Below, piece after piece: positions 1 through 9,338 of a DNA stretch of 64,000 nucleotides. How positions within the stretch are numbered: position 1 is the first letter of the stretch; the number at the start of each line of letters is the position of its first letter. The DNA is from Lachnospiraceae bacterium. GTDB lineage: Bacteria > Bacillota > Clostridia > Lachnospirales > Lachnospiraceae. The stretch covers positions 15,772 to 79,771 of the forward strand of contig JAZSFC010000011.1 of assembly GCA_045531955.1 (NCBI GenBank), in the 5' to 3' direction. A program made the translations under genes and the position numbers. The notes below the pieces were generated by a model, which made no database searches, was not told the DNA's origin, and saw nothing but the letters and a program-made list of their open reading frames with translations.

Positions 1-1
1 C

Positions 2-202
2 GACATCTTAATCGGTGCTCTTGTTGGTTGGATTGCCGGCATTCTTATGAAGAGTAAAGGCGGTTTCGTAAGAAACGCTATCATGGGTATCATTGGTGGC
101 TTTGTAGCAGGTCTTCTGCTTCCTGGCTGGCTTGGCTATGTTGGTGCTGTTATCGGTGCATGCCTTGTTATCTGGGTATACGAAAAGTTCATCAAAAAGT
201 AA
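2..202 (+). CDS. GlsB/YeaQ/YmgE-family small membrane protein (5' partial)
   Basis: ORF runs off the 5' edge, so it is absent from the ORF track; stop TAA at 200-202. Translation DILIGALVGWIAGILMKSKGGFVRNAIMGIIGGFVAGLLLPGWLGYVGAVIGACLVIWVYEKFIKK has the Gly-rich transmembrane pattern typical of this family. Confidence 0.6.
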   Translation, partial: DILIGALVGWIAGILMKSKGGFVRNAIMGIIGGFVAGLLLPGWLGYVGAVIGACLVIWVYEKFIKK

Positions 203-228
203 GAATAACTTACATACGAACAAAAGAA

Positions 229-267
229 GGAGACCGTACGGATTTTACCACATGGTCTCCCTTTTTA
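229..267 (+). terminator. Rho-independent terminator
   Basis: GGAGACC (229-235) pairs with GGTCTCC (254-260), followed by CTTTTT. Confidence 0.55.
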
Positions 268-286
268 CTATTGGAGGAAATTTCAA

Positions 287-1561
287 ATGAAATTGAATTA
301 TAAACGTACCTTTTTTATCGGATTTGCTTTTCTTGCCATCAGTTCCTTTTGGCAGATGTATGATAATATTATTCCGCTGATTTTACAGAACACCTTTCAT
401 TTAAGTGAGTCTGTCATTGGTGTTATCATGGCGGCGGATAATGTTCTGGCGGTATTTTTACTACCGATTATCGGTACGTTTTCTGATAAAGTGGACACGC
501 CTCTCGGCAAACGTACACCATTTATTATCGGTGGTACCGCTGCGGCAGTTTTAATGATGATGATGCTTCCTACGGCAGATAAAATGGGTAATGTGATTTT
601 ATTTATTGTGGCGCTTGGGGCAACACTTCTTGCCATGGCAATGTACCGTTCTCCTGCAGTAGCTTTAATGCCTGACTTAACACCGAAGCCTCTCCGCAGT
701 AAGGCGAATGCAATTATTAACCTGATGGGAGCCATTGGTGGTGTGTATACACTTATTTTAATCAGTACTTTAGTTGGTGAGGGAAAAACCCCAAGCTATC
801 TTCCGGTATTTCTTGGCGTGGCATTCATCATGGTGCTTTCTGTTATCATGCTTCTTTTAACTACTAATGAAAAAAAGATTGCTAAGCAGGTGGCTTTGGA
901 ATATCCGGAGCAGACGGAAGAAGTAAAAACAACATCGGACGGCAAGCTGGATCCTAAGGTGAAAAAGAGCCTGATTTTAATTTTATTGTCTGTATTATTC
1001 TGGTTTGCTGCATATAATGCAGTAACTACAGCGTTTTCCCGCTATGCGGTCACCGTGTGGGGAATGGAAAACGGTGGTTATGCCAACTGCCTTATGACGG
1101 CAACGGTGGCAGCAATTATCAGCTATATCCCAATCGGTATGATTGCTTCTAAAATCGGCAGAAAAAAGACCATACTGATCGGTATTGCTTTAATGGGTGC
1201 CTGTTTTCTCATGGCAGCCTTTATGCCGGAATATCATCCGATTATTAACGTGGGATTTTGCATGATAGGCTTTGGCTGGGCGGCTATCGGCGTAAATTCT
1301 CTGCCAATGGTAGTAGAAATGAGTAAAAGCGGAGATATTGGTAAATATACGGGATTGTATTACACTTTTTCCATGTCAGCACAGATTGCGACACCGATTT
1401 TGTCCGGTATGCTGCTTGACTTTGTGTCCTATCGCACCTTGTTCCCGTATGCAGTAGTTTTTTCCGTTTTGGCATTCATTACTATGTCTATGGTAAAACA
1501 TGGTGATAACCGGCCGGAAAAGAAAAAAGATGTATTGGAAAATTTTGATGTAGACGACTAA
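287..1561 (+). CDS. MFS transporter
   Basis: 424 aa, about 12 predicted hydrophobic helices with a central charged loop. RBS GGAGG lies upstream of the ATG at 287. Confidence 0.8.
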   Translation: MKLNYKRTFFIGFAFLAISSFWQMYDNIIPLILQNTFHLSESVIGVIMAADNVLAVFLLPIIGTFSDKVDTPLGKRTPFIIGGTAAAVLMMMMLPTADKMGNVILFIVALGATLLAMAMYRSPAVALMPDLTPKPLRSKANAIINLMGAIGGVYTLILISTLVGEGKTPSYLPVFLGVAFIMVLSVIMLLLTTNEKKIAKQVALEYPEQTEEVKTTSDGKLDPKVKKSLILILLSVLFWFAAYNAVTTAFSRYAVTVWGMENGGYANCLMTATVAAIISYIPIGMIASKIGRKKTILIGIALMGACFLMAAFMPEYHPIINVGFCMIGFGWAAIGVNSLPMVVEMSKSGDIGKYTGLYYTFSMSAQIATPILSGMLLDFVSYRTLFPYAVVFSVLAFITMSMVKHGDNRPEKKKDVLENFDVDD

Positions 1562-1583
1562 TTTTTATTTGGAGTTTTGACTT

Positions 1584-2393
1584 ATGACAGTTAGTATTTG
1601 TATTATTGTAATTCTTGCGGTAGTGTACACCTTTTTGATTATGCCGCGGTTTACACCAAGGCCGATGTATGAATTTAAAGGCTGGATGTATGCCCACCGG
1701 GGATTCCATGATAATAAATCCGATGCTCCGGAAAATTCTGCAAAGGCTATGAAACTTGCGGTAGAAAAGGGATATGGCATTGAATTGGACGTACAGCTTA
1801 CAAAAGACGAGAAAGTAGTAGTCTTCCATGATGCAACCTTGAAACGTGTCTGCGGAGTGGATGCACCGGTAAATTCCATGACTTATGAGGAATTGCAGCA
1901 ATTGCGTCTGTTGGATTCTGATGAAACAATACCATTGTTCTCGGAGGTGTTAGAAATCATTGACGGGAAAGTTCCTTTAATTATGGAAGTAAAGATGGTA
2001 AATACAAAAACAAGAGTATGTGAGCTGGCAAATAAAGAATTGGAAAACTATAAAGGACTTTACTGCATGGAGTCATTTCATCCGTTTGCGGTACAGTGGT
2101 ATAAAAAGAACCGGCCGGATGTGGTCCGAGGTCAGCTTTCTGCCAACTTTAAAAAAGAGGGTCAGAAGGAAGGCTTTCAGGAGTGGCTGGTGCATATGCT
2201 TTTGACAAATGTTTTGGCACGTCCGGACTTTGTGGCCTATTCCCATAAATCCGCAAATAATATCAGCAGAAGGTTAACCCGTAGGTATGGGGCAACAGCG
2301 GTGGCATGGACCATCCGTTCCCAAGCGGAGTTAGATAAAAACCGTAAGAAATTTGACCTATTTATTTTTGAAGGCTTTGTTCCGAAAAAATAA
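1584..2393 (+). CDS. glycerophosphodiester phosphodiesterase family protein
   Basis: N-terminal TM helix, then YAHRGFHD...ENS...GIELDVQLTKDEKVVVFHD, the GDPD signature. Confidence 0.85.
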   Translation: MTVSICIIVILAVVYTFLIMPRFTPRPMYEFKGWMYAHRGFHDNKSDAPENSAKAMKLAVEKGYGIELDVQLTKDEKVVVFHDATLKRVCGVDAPVNSMTYEELQQLRLLDSDETIPLFSEVLEIIDGKVPLIMEVKMVNTKTRVCELANKELENYKGLYCMESFHPFAVQWYKKNRPDVVRGQLSANFKKEGQKEGFQEWLVHMLLTNVLARPDFVAYSHKSANNISRRLTRRYGATAVAWTIRSQAELDKNRKKFDLFIFEGFVPKK

Positions 2394-2420
2394 GCAGAGT
2401 AACAGAAAGAAGGACTTTAC

Positions 2421-3548
2421 GTGGAAGAATCTATTTTACATGGCGGTGAAAAGGAACTTTTAGAATTAAAAAAGACGCTTCAGGAGAAAAACCGGTATAA
2501 TGCGGTTTTAGATTCTATGGATGCCGCAGTGGATGAACAAAAATTGAATATTGAAAAACGTAAGGCAGAAATTGAAAAAGAGATGAATTTGGAGGTTATA
2601 CGCCGCAGGGAAGCGGTGGCTGCTCCGTTTTATACAGAAATTGCAGCCTGTGAGGCAGAATTGAAAGCAGCTTTGGAGGAACGCTCCAAAAAGCGTATCG
2701 AACTGATTGCCCAGATTATGCAGGAAGAAAATGAAATGTATGAAAAGCGAAAGGAAAACCTGGAAAATCAGAGAAAACTGGTAGGACAGACCGATGGTGT
2801 TCCGGGTATATGTACCACCAGACTGTTTCTTGCGTTTTTTTGCCCGCGGAACGGCAAAGATGCCTTGATTTTGGTGATTGGTTTACTTGTTTTGTTTTTA
2901 GTTCTTCCGTTGTCAGTATACTTTGGTGTTTACGGTGGTAATAACAGATCTATGCTTACTACGATTTATCTTGTATTTATTGTCATTTTCTATACATTGT
3001 ATCTGCTTATCAACAATTTGGTCAAAGACAAGTACTTGATAGGAATCAATAAATTATTAAAAATAATGGAAGATTTGGACAAACTGGATGCAAACAAAAA
3101 GAAGCGGGAGAAAGAGTTAGAAAATCTTCCTGATTCTGCGTTAGACTTAGGAGAGTTTGATGAAGAAGTGAACCGCTTACAGGCGGTTATTGAAGAACTG
3201 ACAAAGCAGAAAGATCTAGCGGTCATGAATTTTGATTCCGACGAACGGTTACATGTTGCAATCGGCCAGGAGGTGCAGGAGAAGTTTAAACCGGAACTGG
3301 ATCATATGCGGGCTGTCTTGCAGGACAATATAGATTCTTATGAACGGATGCAGGCAGAGTATAATAAATTCCTGGATGACCGAAGAATTGAAGAACGGTA
3401 CGGAATTTTACTTCAGGCAGAGCCGGATATTTTCAGCCAGACGGTCATTGATGAGTTAATTTTCTACATTACCCACAGTGATGCGGAAAATATCAGTAAA
3501 GCAATTATTAAGAGAAAGAAAAAACTTGGACAACCTATGAGTTTATAA
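2421..3548 (+). CDS. hypothetical coiled-coil membrane protein
   Basis: 375 aa with a GTG start. Glu/Lys-rich heptad-like N- and C-terminal regions flank 2-3 hydrophobic helices (LILVIGLLVLFLVLPLSVYFGVY, LTTIYLVFIVIFYTLYLLI). No recognisable catalytic motif. Confidence 0.55.
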   Translation: MEESILHGGEKELLELKKTLQEKNRYNAVLDSMDAAVDEQKLNIEKRKAEIEKEMNLEVIRRREAVAAPFYTEIAACEAELKAALEERSKKRIELIAQIMQEENEMYEKRKENLENQRKLVGQTDGVPGICTTRLFLAFFCPRNGKDALILVIGLLVLFLVLPLSVYFGVYGGNNRSMLTTIYLVFIVIFYTLYLLINNLVKDKYLIGINKLLKIMEDLDKLDANKKKREKELENLPDSALDLGEFDEEVNRLQAVIEELTKQKDLAVMNFDSDERLHVAIGQEVQEKFKPELDHMRAVLQDNIDSYERMQAEYNKFLDDRRIEERYGILLQAEPDIFSQTVIDELIFYITHSDAENISKAIIKRKKKLGQPMSL

Positions 3549-3587
3549 AAGAAAAGGCAGCTGCTTTTGGGCAACTGCCTTGCTTTT

Positions 3588-4265
3588 TTAATATCCGCGG
3601 TTTCCGATTACATAAGCCAACATACTGGCAATCAGGAAAGCCCCCTCTGCGTTTGGATGAAGCCCGTCTTCCTGATAAATAGCAGAAAGCTTTTCTTCAC
3701 CGAGCTTTAAAAACTCTTCATGTAAATCTACCAGCTGGGTGCCGTTAACCTCCGCCAGATGTTTAATATGCGGAATCAATTGCAACAGGTACTTTTCCTG
3801 GTGCTTCCGCCAGATGCAGTTACGCACCGGAACCGGAGTAACGAGGTAAATCAGAGCATTTGGATTGGCTGATTTTACAGCGTCTATTATGTACTGATAA
3901 AAGGTTTCAAACATTGGTTCAAAGGAAATCAGATTGTTGTAAGTGTCTTGCCAGTCTTCTGTGTCGTGCATACCGTCCTGGGCATCGTTTGTGCCCAACA
4001 TGATGATGTAGATATCGCCGGCGAGAGAAAGCGCTTCGTCGTATTCCGGCTGCAAAACGTATGGCAAGCCAAAGGTGCGTCCGGTATCGTCCTCCATCAT
4101 GGTGACGCAGCTACAGGTAACACCTTCGTTGAATACGGCGTAATCTTCACCGAGAAATTCCTGCAAAAGGGATGGATAATAGACGGATGGGTCGTCGCCT
4201 AAGCCAAAACCCTCCGTAATACTGTCACCTATGCAGACTACTCGTAATTTGGTTTCCAGTTCCAT
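3588..4265 (-). CDS. SGNH/GDSL-type hydrolase
   Basis: VVCIGDSITEG block I near the N-terminus, GTND block III, DGLHPN block V. Confidence 0.8.
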   Translation of the reverse strand: MELETKLRVVCIGDSITEGFGLGDDPSVYYPSLLQEFLGEDYAVFNEGVTCSCVTMMEDDTGRTFGLPYVLQPEYDEALSLAGDIYIIMLGTNDAQDGMHDTEDWQDTYNNLISFEPMFETFYQYIIDAVKSANPNALIYLVTPVPVRNCIWRKHQEKYLLQLIPHIKHLAEVNGTQLVDLHEEFLKLGEEKLSAIYQEDGLHPNAEGAFLIASMLAYVIGNRGY

Positions 4266-4281
4266 CGTTTACCTCTTTGGT

Positions 4282-5499
4282 TTATTTTTCGTTTTCAGCC
4301 ATCATCATTGCGCGAACCTTTAAGGAAAGGCCAAACAGATTGATGAAGCCTTCTGCGTCGTGGTGGTCGTAAAGATCACCGGTTGTGAAGGAAGCAATGC
4401 TTTCATTGTATAAGGAGTACTTGGAAGTAGTTCCCTGATTGATGATGTTGCCCTTATATAATTTAAGCTTAACGTCGCCGGTTACATACTGCTGCGTGGA
4501 TTCTACGAAAGCCTGGAGAGCTTCGCGGAGTGGTGTAAACCACTTGCCTTCATAAACGATATCTGCGTACTTGTCACCGATACCCTTCTTGTAAGCAAGA
4601 GTGTCACGGTCTAAAATAAGCTCTTCTAACTGCTCGTGAGCTGCCATTAAGATGCTTCCGCCAGGAGTTTCATAAACACCGCGGGACTTCATACCAACAA
4701 CACGGTTTTCTACAATGTCAACAATACCAACACCGTGCTTGCCGCCGAGAGCGTTTAATTCCTTTAAAATATCGGAAGCTTTCATAGCCTTGCCGTTTAA
4801 TGCAACAGGGGCACCCTTTTCAAAGGTAAGAGTGATGATTTCGCCTTCATCCGGAGCCTTTTCAGGGGAAACACCGAGAACCAGTAAGTGGTCGTAGTTT
4901 GGTGCGTTTGCAGGATCTTCCAGTTCAAGACCTTCATGGCTGATGTGCCATAAGTTACGGTCGCGGCTGTAACTGTGGCTTGCGTCGAATGGAAGGTCGA
5001 TACCGTGCTGCTTGCAGTATTCGATTTCGTCTTCACGGGACTGCATCTTCCAGGTGTCATTGCAACGCCATGGAGCGATAATCTTTAAGTCAGGAGCGAG
5101 AGCTTTAATACCAAGTTCGAAACGTACCTGGTCGTTACCCTTACCGGTAGCACCGTGGCAGATGGCAACTGCGCCTTCCTTACGGGCAATTTCAACTAAC
5201 TTCTTTGCAATGAGCGGACGGGCCATGGAAGTACCGAGTAAGTACTTGTTCTCGTAAACGGCACCGGCCTTTACGCAAGGAACTGCATATTCATCAACGA
5301 ATTCATCTACAACATCAAGGATGTAAAGCTTTTCTGCACCGGAGTACTTAGCACGTTCTTCAAGACCATCAAGCTCGTTGCCCTGACCAACGTCGATACA
5401 GCAGCAAACTACATCATAATCGTAATTTTCTTTTAACCATGGAATAATGGCGGTAGTATCAAGACCACCGGAGTACGCAAGAATAACTTTTTCTTTCAT
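4282..5499 (-). CDS. argG: argininosuccinate synthase
   Basis: [14 protein letters not shown]-terminal ATP pyrophosphatase motif, 405 aa, overall ArgG-like sequence. Confidence 0.95.
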   Translation of the reverse strand: MKEKVILAYSGGLDTTAIIPWLKENYDYDVVCCCIDVGQGNELDGLEERAKYSGAEKLYILDVVDEFVDEYAVPCVKAGAVYENKYLLGTSMARPLIAKKLVEIARKEGAVAICHGATGKGNDQVRFELGIKALAPDLKIIAPWRCNDTWKMQSREDEIEYCKQHGIDLPFDASHSYSRDRNLWHISHEGLELEDPANAPNYDHLLVLGVSPEKAPDEGEIITLTFEKGAPVALNGKAMKASDILKELNALGGKHGVGIVDIVENRVVGMKSRGVYETPGGSILMAAHEQLEELILDRDTLAYKKGIGDKYADIVYEGKWFTPLREALQAFVESTQQYVTGDVKLKLYKGNIINQGTTSKYSLYNESIASFTTGDLYDHHDAEGFINLFGLSLKVRAMMMAENEK

Positions 5500-5548
5500 A
5501 ATTGTTATGCCTCCCTAATTTCCCGTATGGGTTTTTGATTAAAAATTT

Positions 5549-5562
5549 ATAATTATACATTC
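5549..5562 (-). promoter_or_regulatory. ARG-box-like operator candidate upstream of argG
   Basis: On the minus strand this reads GAATGTATAATTAT, identical to 6362-6375. It lies about 50 nt upstream of the argG start, next to a candidate promoter TTGCAT-17-TATATT on the minus strand. Confidence 0.4.
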
Positions 5563-5718
5563 AATATACACCACGATGAAAAATTATGCAAGATAGAAGT
5601 GAAAAAATATGTAAAAAAATTTTGCGGCCGTTTTTGGGGTTTTACTTGCATGATAATTCTATTTGAGCTACAATAAAATTTAAGGGTTTATTTTCAGACA
5701 GAAAAGAGAGGTTACAGC

Positions 5719-6303
5719 ATGAAATATCAGGTGATTCTTGCATCCGGTTCTCCAAGAAGAAAGGAACTCTTAGAGTTAATCGGTGTGGAGTTTAAAATTA
5801 TTACCAGTAATAAGGAAGAAGTAATTACAAGTACTAATCCGGAGGAAGTAGTAAAAGAGCTTTCCGCGATGAAGGCAGAGGATGTGGCAGCAGGAGTGGA
5901 AGGCCCGGCTATTATTCTTGGTGCGGATACAGTGGTTGCCCATGGCGGACGGATTCTCGGTAAGCCAAAGGATAAGGCGGATGCGGTAAATATGATTCGT
6001 TCTTTTGCGGGAGATGACCACTTCGTCTATACCGGCGTGTGTATGATAAGGAAAGAAGCAGACGGTTCGGTTAAAAAGATTTCCTTTGCGGAAGGTACCA
6101 AAGTTACGGTATATCCTATGACAGAGGAGGAAATTGAGCAATACGTGGCTACAAATGAGCCTATGGACAAAGCAGGCGCGTACGCAATTCAGGGTTTATT
6201 TGCTCCTTATATTAAAGGAATTGAAGGCGATTACTATAATATTGTAGGTTTCCCGATTGCAGGGATTTACCAGCGTTTAAAAGCGGAGGGAATCGACTTA
6301 TAA
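5719..6303 (+). CDS. maf: Maf-like nucleoside triphosphate pyrophosphatase (septum formation protein)
   Basis: ILASGSPRRKELL N-terminus, KAGAYAIQG near the C-terminus, 194 aa. Confidence 0.9.
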   Translation: MKYQVILASGSPRRKELLELIGVEFKIITSNKEEVITSTNPEEVVKELSAMKAEDVAAGVEGPAIILGADTVVAHGGRILGKPKDKADAVNMIRSFAGDDHFVYTGVCMIRKEADGSVKKISFAEGTKVTVYPMTEEEIEQYVATNEPMDKAGAYAIQGLFAPYIKGIEGDYYNIVGFPIAGIYQRLKAEGIDL

Positions 6304-6343
6304 TTATTATTAGAAATAATTCTAAAAAAATTAAAAATAAGTA

Positions 6344-6378
6344 TTGCATAAAATTGCATAAGAATGTATAATTATGAA
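6344..6378 (+). promoter_or_regulatory. sigma-A-type promoter with overlapping ARG-box-like motif
   Basis: TTGCAT (6344-6349), 17-bp spacer, TATAAT (6367-6372). GAATGTATAATTAT (6362-6375) overlaps the -10. Confidence 0.5.
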
Positions 6379-6429
6379 AAAATAAAATGGAAGAGAGTTT
6401 TTATCGGATAGAAACTAAGGAGGATTCGC

Positions 6430-6879
6430 ATGATTACCTACAGAGTGATGACAATGGAAGACTATGATGGGGTCTATGCCCTGTGGATGACCATTCAGGG
6501 CTTCGGCATCCGAAGCATTGACGATTCCAGGGAGGGTGTGGAAAAGTTTTTAAAGCGCAACCCGACTACCAGCGTGGTAGCATTGGACGGCGAAAAAATC
6601 ATCGGCAGCATTTTATGCGGTCATGACGGACGAAGAGCCTGCTTCTATCATGTATGTGTAGCCGAAAGCTACCGGCAGCAGGGAATCGGTAAAAAGATGG
6701 CCGCTTTTGCCCAGGAGGCATTAAAGAAAGAAGGCATCAATAAGGTGGGGTTGCAGGCGTTTGTTACCAATGAAAAAGGTAACAAGTTTTGGCGAAGCCT
6801 TAAGTGGACAGAGCGTACCGATTTAAATTATTATGATTTATCTTTAAATGATGACAATATTACTACATTTAATAAGTAG
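6430..6879 (+). CDS. GNAT family N-acetyltransferase, first gene of the argJBD operon
   Basis: 149 aa. The acetyl-CoA binding motif QQGIGKKM follows a beta-strand (FYHVCVAESYR). Confidence 0.8.
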   Translation: MITYRVMTMEDYDGVYALWMTIQGFGIRSIDDSREGVEKFLKRNPTTSVVALDGEKIIGSILCGHDGRRACFYHVCVAESYRQQGIGKKMAAFAQEALKKEGINKVGLQAFVTNEKGNKFWRSLKWTERTDLNYYDLSLNDDNITTFNK

Positions 6880-6929
6880 TCAGGAAAATATTACATAGTA
6901 AAGTCAATAATATAAGGAGGAAATTTCTC

Positions 6930-8159
6930 ATGTTTAAGCAGATAGAAGGCGGTGTAACCGCAGCAAAGGGTTTTATGGCTGCATCTACAGCAGCAGGTAT
7001 TAAATATAAAGACAGAACCGACATGGCAATGGTATATTCCGAAGTGCCATGTACCGTGGCAGGCACTTTTACCACCAACGTGGTTAAGGCAGCACCGGTT
7101 TTATGGGATAAAATGATTGCCGATGAAAAGAAAACGGCCCAGGTAGTAGTAATCAATGCGGGTATTGCCAATGCCTGTACCGGTGAAATCGGTTACAGCT
7201 ACTGCGAACAAACCGCAAAGGCTGCAGAAGAAGCATTAAATATTCCTTATGATAATGTATTTGTGGCTTCCACCGGCGTTATCGGAAAGCAGCTTCCAAT
7301 CGAAAAGATTATGGCAGGTACTAAGGTGCTGGCAGGTAAGCTTGACGGTTCCATCGAGGCAGGTACCGATGCAGCAAAGGCAATTATGACTACCGATACC
7401 AAGAAGAAGGAAATTGCGGTTTCCATGACGTTGGGCGGAAAGGAAGTTACCCTTGGCGGTATGTGTAAAGGCTCCGGTATGATACATCCGAATATGTGCA
7501 CCATGCTTGGCTTTATCACGACCGATGCCAATATCTCTAAGGAACTACTGGATAAGGCGTTAAAGGAAGACGTTCAGGATACCTATAACATGGTTTCCGT
7601 AGATGGTGACACTTCCACCAATGATACCGTTCTTCTTATGGCAAATGGTTTGGCAGGTAACGAAAAGATTACATCTGCCGATAGTGAAGATTATAAAACT
7701 TTTGCGGCAGCGCTTCATTTTGTAAATGAGTATCTTTCCATGCGAATTGCAGAGGACGGCGAAGGTGCAACCAAGTTATTTACTGCAAAGGTTATCAATG
7801 CAAAGACAAAAGCGGCAGCTAAGGTTCTTGCAAAGTCCGTGATTACTTCCAGCCTTACCAAGGCAGCGGTTTATGGTAATGATGCCAACTGGGGCAGAAT
7901 TCTTTGTGCTCTTGGTTACTCCGGTGAGCAGTTCGACCCATACAAGGTAGATATTACCATTACCGACGGAACCGACACCTTAATGCTGGTGGAAAACGGC
8001 ATGGCAACTGATTATTCCGAAGAATTTGCAACCAAGATTCTTTCCGGCAAGGAAGTTACCGCAGTTGCAAATATGAAAGACGGCGAAGCAACCGCAACCG
8101 CATGGGGCTGTGACCTGACTTATGATTATGTAAAGATTAATGCGGATTACCGTTCTTAA
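6930..8159 (+). CDS. argJ: bifunctional ornithine acetyltransferase / N-acetylglutamate synthase
   Basis: GGVTAAKGF N-terminus and the autoprocessing site context ...CTMLGFITTDA; 409 aa. Confidence 0.93.
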   Translation: MFKQIEGGVTAAKGFMAASTAAGIKYKDRTDMAMVYSEVPCTVAGTFTTNVVKAAPVLWDKMIADEKKTAQVVVINAGIANACTGEIGYSYCEQTAKAAEEALNIPYDNVFVASTGVIGKQLPIEKIMAGTKVLAGKLDGSIEAGTDAAKAIMTTDTKKKEIAVSMTLGGKEVTLGGMCKGSGMIHPNMCTMLGFITTDANISKELLDKALKEDVQDTYNMVSVDGDTSTNDTVLLMANGLAGNEKITSADSEDYKTFAAALHFVNEYLSMRIAEDGEGATKLFTAKVINAKTKAAAKVLAKSVITSSLTKAAVYGNDANWGRILCALGYSGEQFDPYKVDITITDGTDTLMLVENGMATDYSEEFATKILSGKEVTAVANMKDGEATATAWGCDLTYDYVKINADYRS

Positions 8160-8216
8160 TTTGGAAGGATAACACGCATTCATAATAGGGAGTTAAAAAA
8201 GAATAGGAGAGTATAA

Positions 8217-9095
8217 GTGATGGAAAATAATGTACCGGATATGTTAAAAACCCAAGTGTTAATTGAGGCACTGCCATATATCCAGAAGTTCAATAATAAG
8301 AAGGTTGTGGTAAAGTACGGCGGAAGTGCCATGTTAGACCCAAATCTTCAGTTAAATGTTATCCGCGATGTAGCTTTACTTAAGCTGGTTGGCATGAAGC
8401 CAATCATTGTACACGGCGGAGGTAAGGAAATCAGCAAATGGGTTGGACTGCTTGGCAAGGAGCCTGTATTTGTGGAAGGGCTTCGTGTCACTGATGCTGA
8501 AACCATGGAAGTTGCAGAAATGGTGCTGAACAAAGTAAACAAGAATCTGGTACAGATGATGGAGCAGATTGGTGTAAAGGCAGTAGGTGTTTGCGGTAAG
8601 GACGGTTCTACACTGCATGTTACCAAGAAACTGGCAAACGGTCAGGACATCGGTTTTGTCGGAAATATCGATAAGGTGGATACTTCTTTGATTGATACCT
8701 TAATTGAACAGGGCTTTGTACCGGTAATTGCGCCAATCGGTATTGACGATGCTTATCAGTCCTACAACATCAATGCAGATGATGCGGCTTGTGCCATTGC
8801 AACTGCAGTAGGTGCGGAAAAGCTTGCTTTCTTAACTGACATTGAGGGCGTATGCATGGATCCGAAGGATAAGAGCACCTTGATTTCCGAGCTGACTCTT
8901 TCTAAGGCTGATGAACTGATTCAGGACGGTTTTATCGGCGGCGGCATGCTTCCGAAGATTAAGAACTGTATCGACGCCGTTAAGGAAGGCGTTGGCGGTG
9001 TACATATTTTAGACGGCAGAATGGAGCACAGTCTGTTACTCGAATTCTTTACCGATAAGGGTATCGGAACTGCTATTTACGACGAAAATAAGTAG
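8217..9095 (+). CDS. argB: acetylglutamate kinase
   Basis: VVKYGGSAM and IVHGGG amino-acid-kinase motifs. The start is GTG 8217 or the adjacent ATG 8220, with RBS AGGAGAG at 8204-8210. Confidence 0.93.
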   Translation: MMENNVPDMLKTQVLIEALPYIQKFNNKKVVVKYGGSAMLDPNLQLNVIRDVALLKLVGMKPIIVHGGGKEISKWVGLLGKEPVFVEGLRVTDAETMEVAEMVLNKVNKNLVQMMEQIGVKAVGVCGKDGSTLHVTKKLANGQDIGFVGNIDKVDTSLIDTLIEQGFVPVIAPIGIDDAYQSYNINADDAACAIATAVGAEKLAFLTDIEGVCMDPKDKSTLISELTLSKADELIQDGFIGGGMLPKIKNCIDAVKEGVGGVHILDGRMEHSLLLEFFTDKGIGTAIYDENK

Positions 9096-9111
9096 GGAAT
9101 TTTAATATATT

Positions 9112-9248
9112 ATTTTGAGTTACAGTATCCCTGTCCGCCTGACTCATCCAACTGATGTCCGCCCAGTCCGGAACAAAATGCTTTGTCCGTTCTGTTCGGA
9201 CAACAGTCGGCTGAGATGTCGGACATTCGGATACTGTAATTTCAAAAT
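9112..9248. repeat. 137-nt self-complementary (rod-like) intergenic element, MITE/REP-like or structured RNA
   Basis: TTACAGTATCC (9120-9130) pairs perfectly with GGATACTGTAA (9229-9239), extended by ATTTTGA/TCAAAAT. Inside are four GTCCG copies (9133, 9157, 9166, 9185), then CGGAC/TCGG copies (9197, 9207, 9220, 9227). Apical hairpin is TTGTCCG-ttctgtt-CGGACAA. Confidence 0.6.
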
Positions 9249-9338
9249 AAGAATTATAAAATGCTTATATAAAACGAAAAGCTTCTGCCTAAACAGGCGA
9301 AAGCTGGTTTGTTCCTAAGAAATAAGGAGGGAAATGAT

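Noticed and set aside
9115-9318. 67-aa ORF in the track between argB and argD
   Set aside because: It runs through the palindromic element, has no RBS, and translates to a low-complexity Cys/Arg-rich sequence. The region is better explained as a structured non-coding element.
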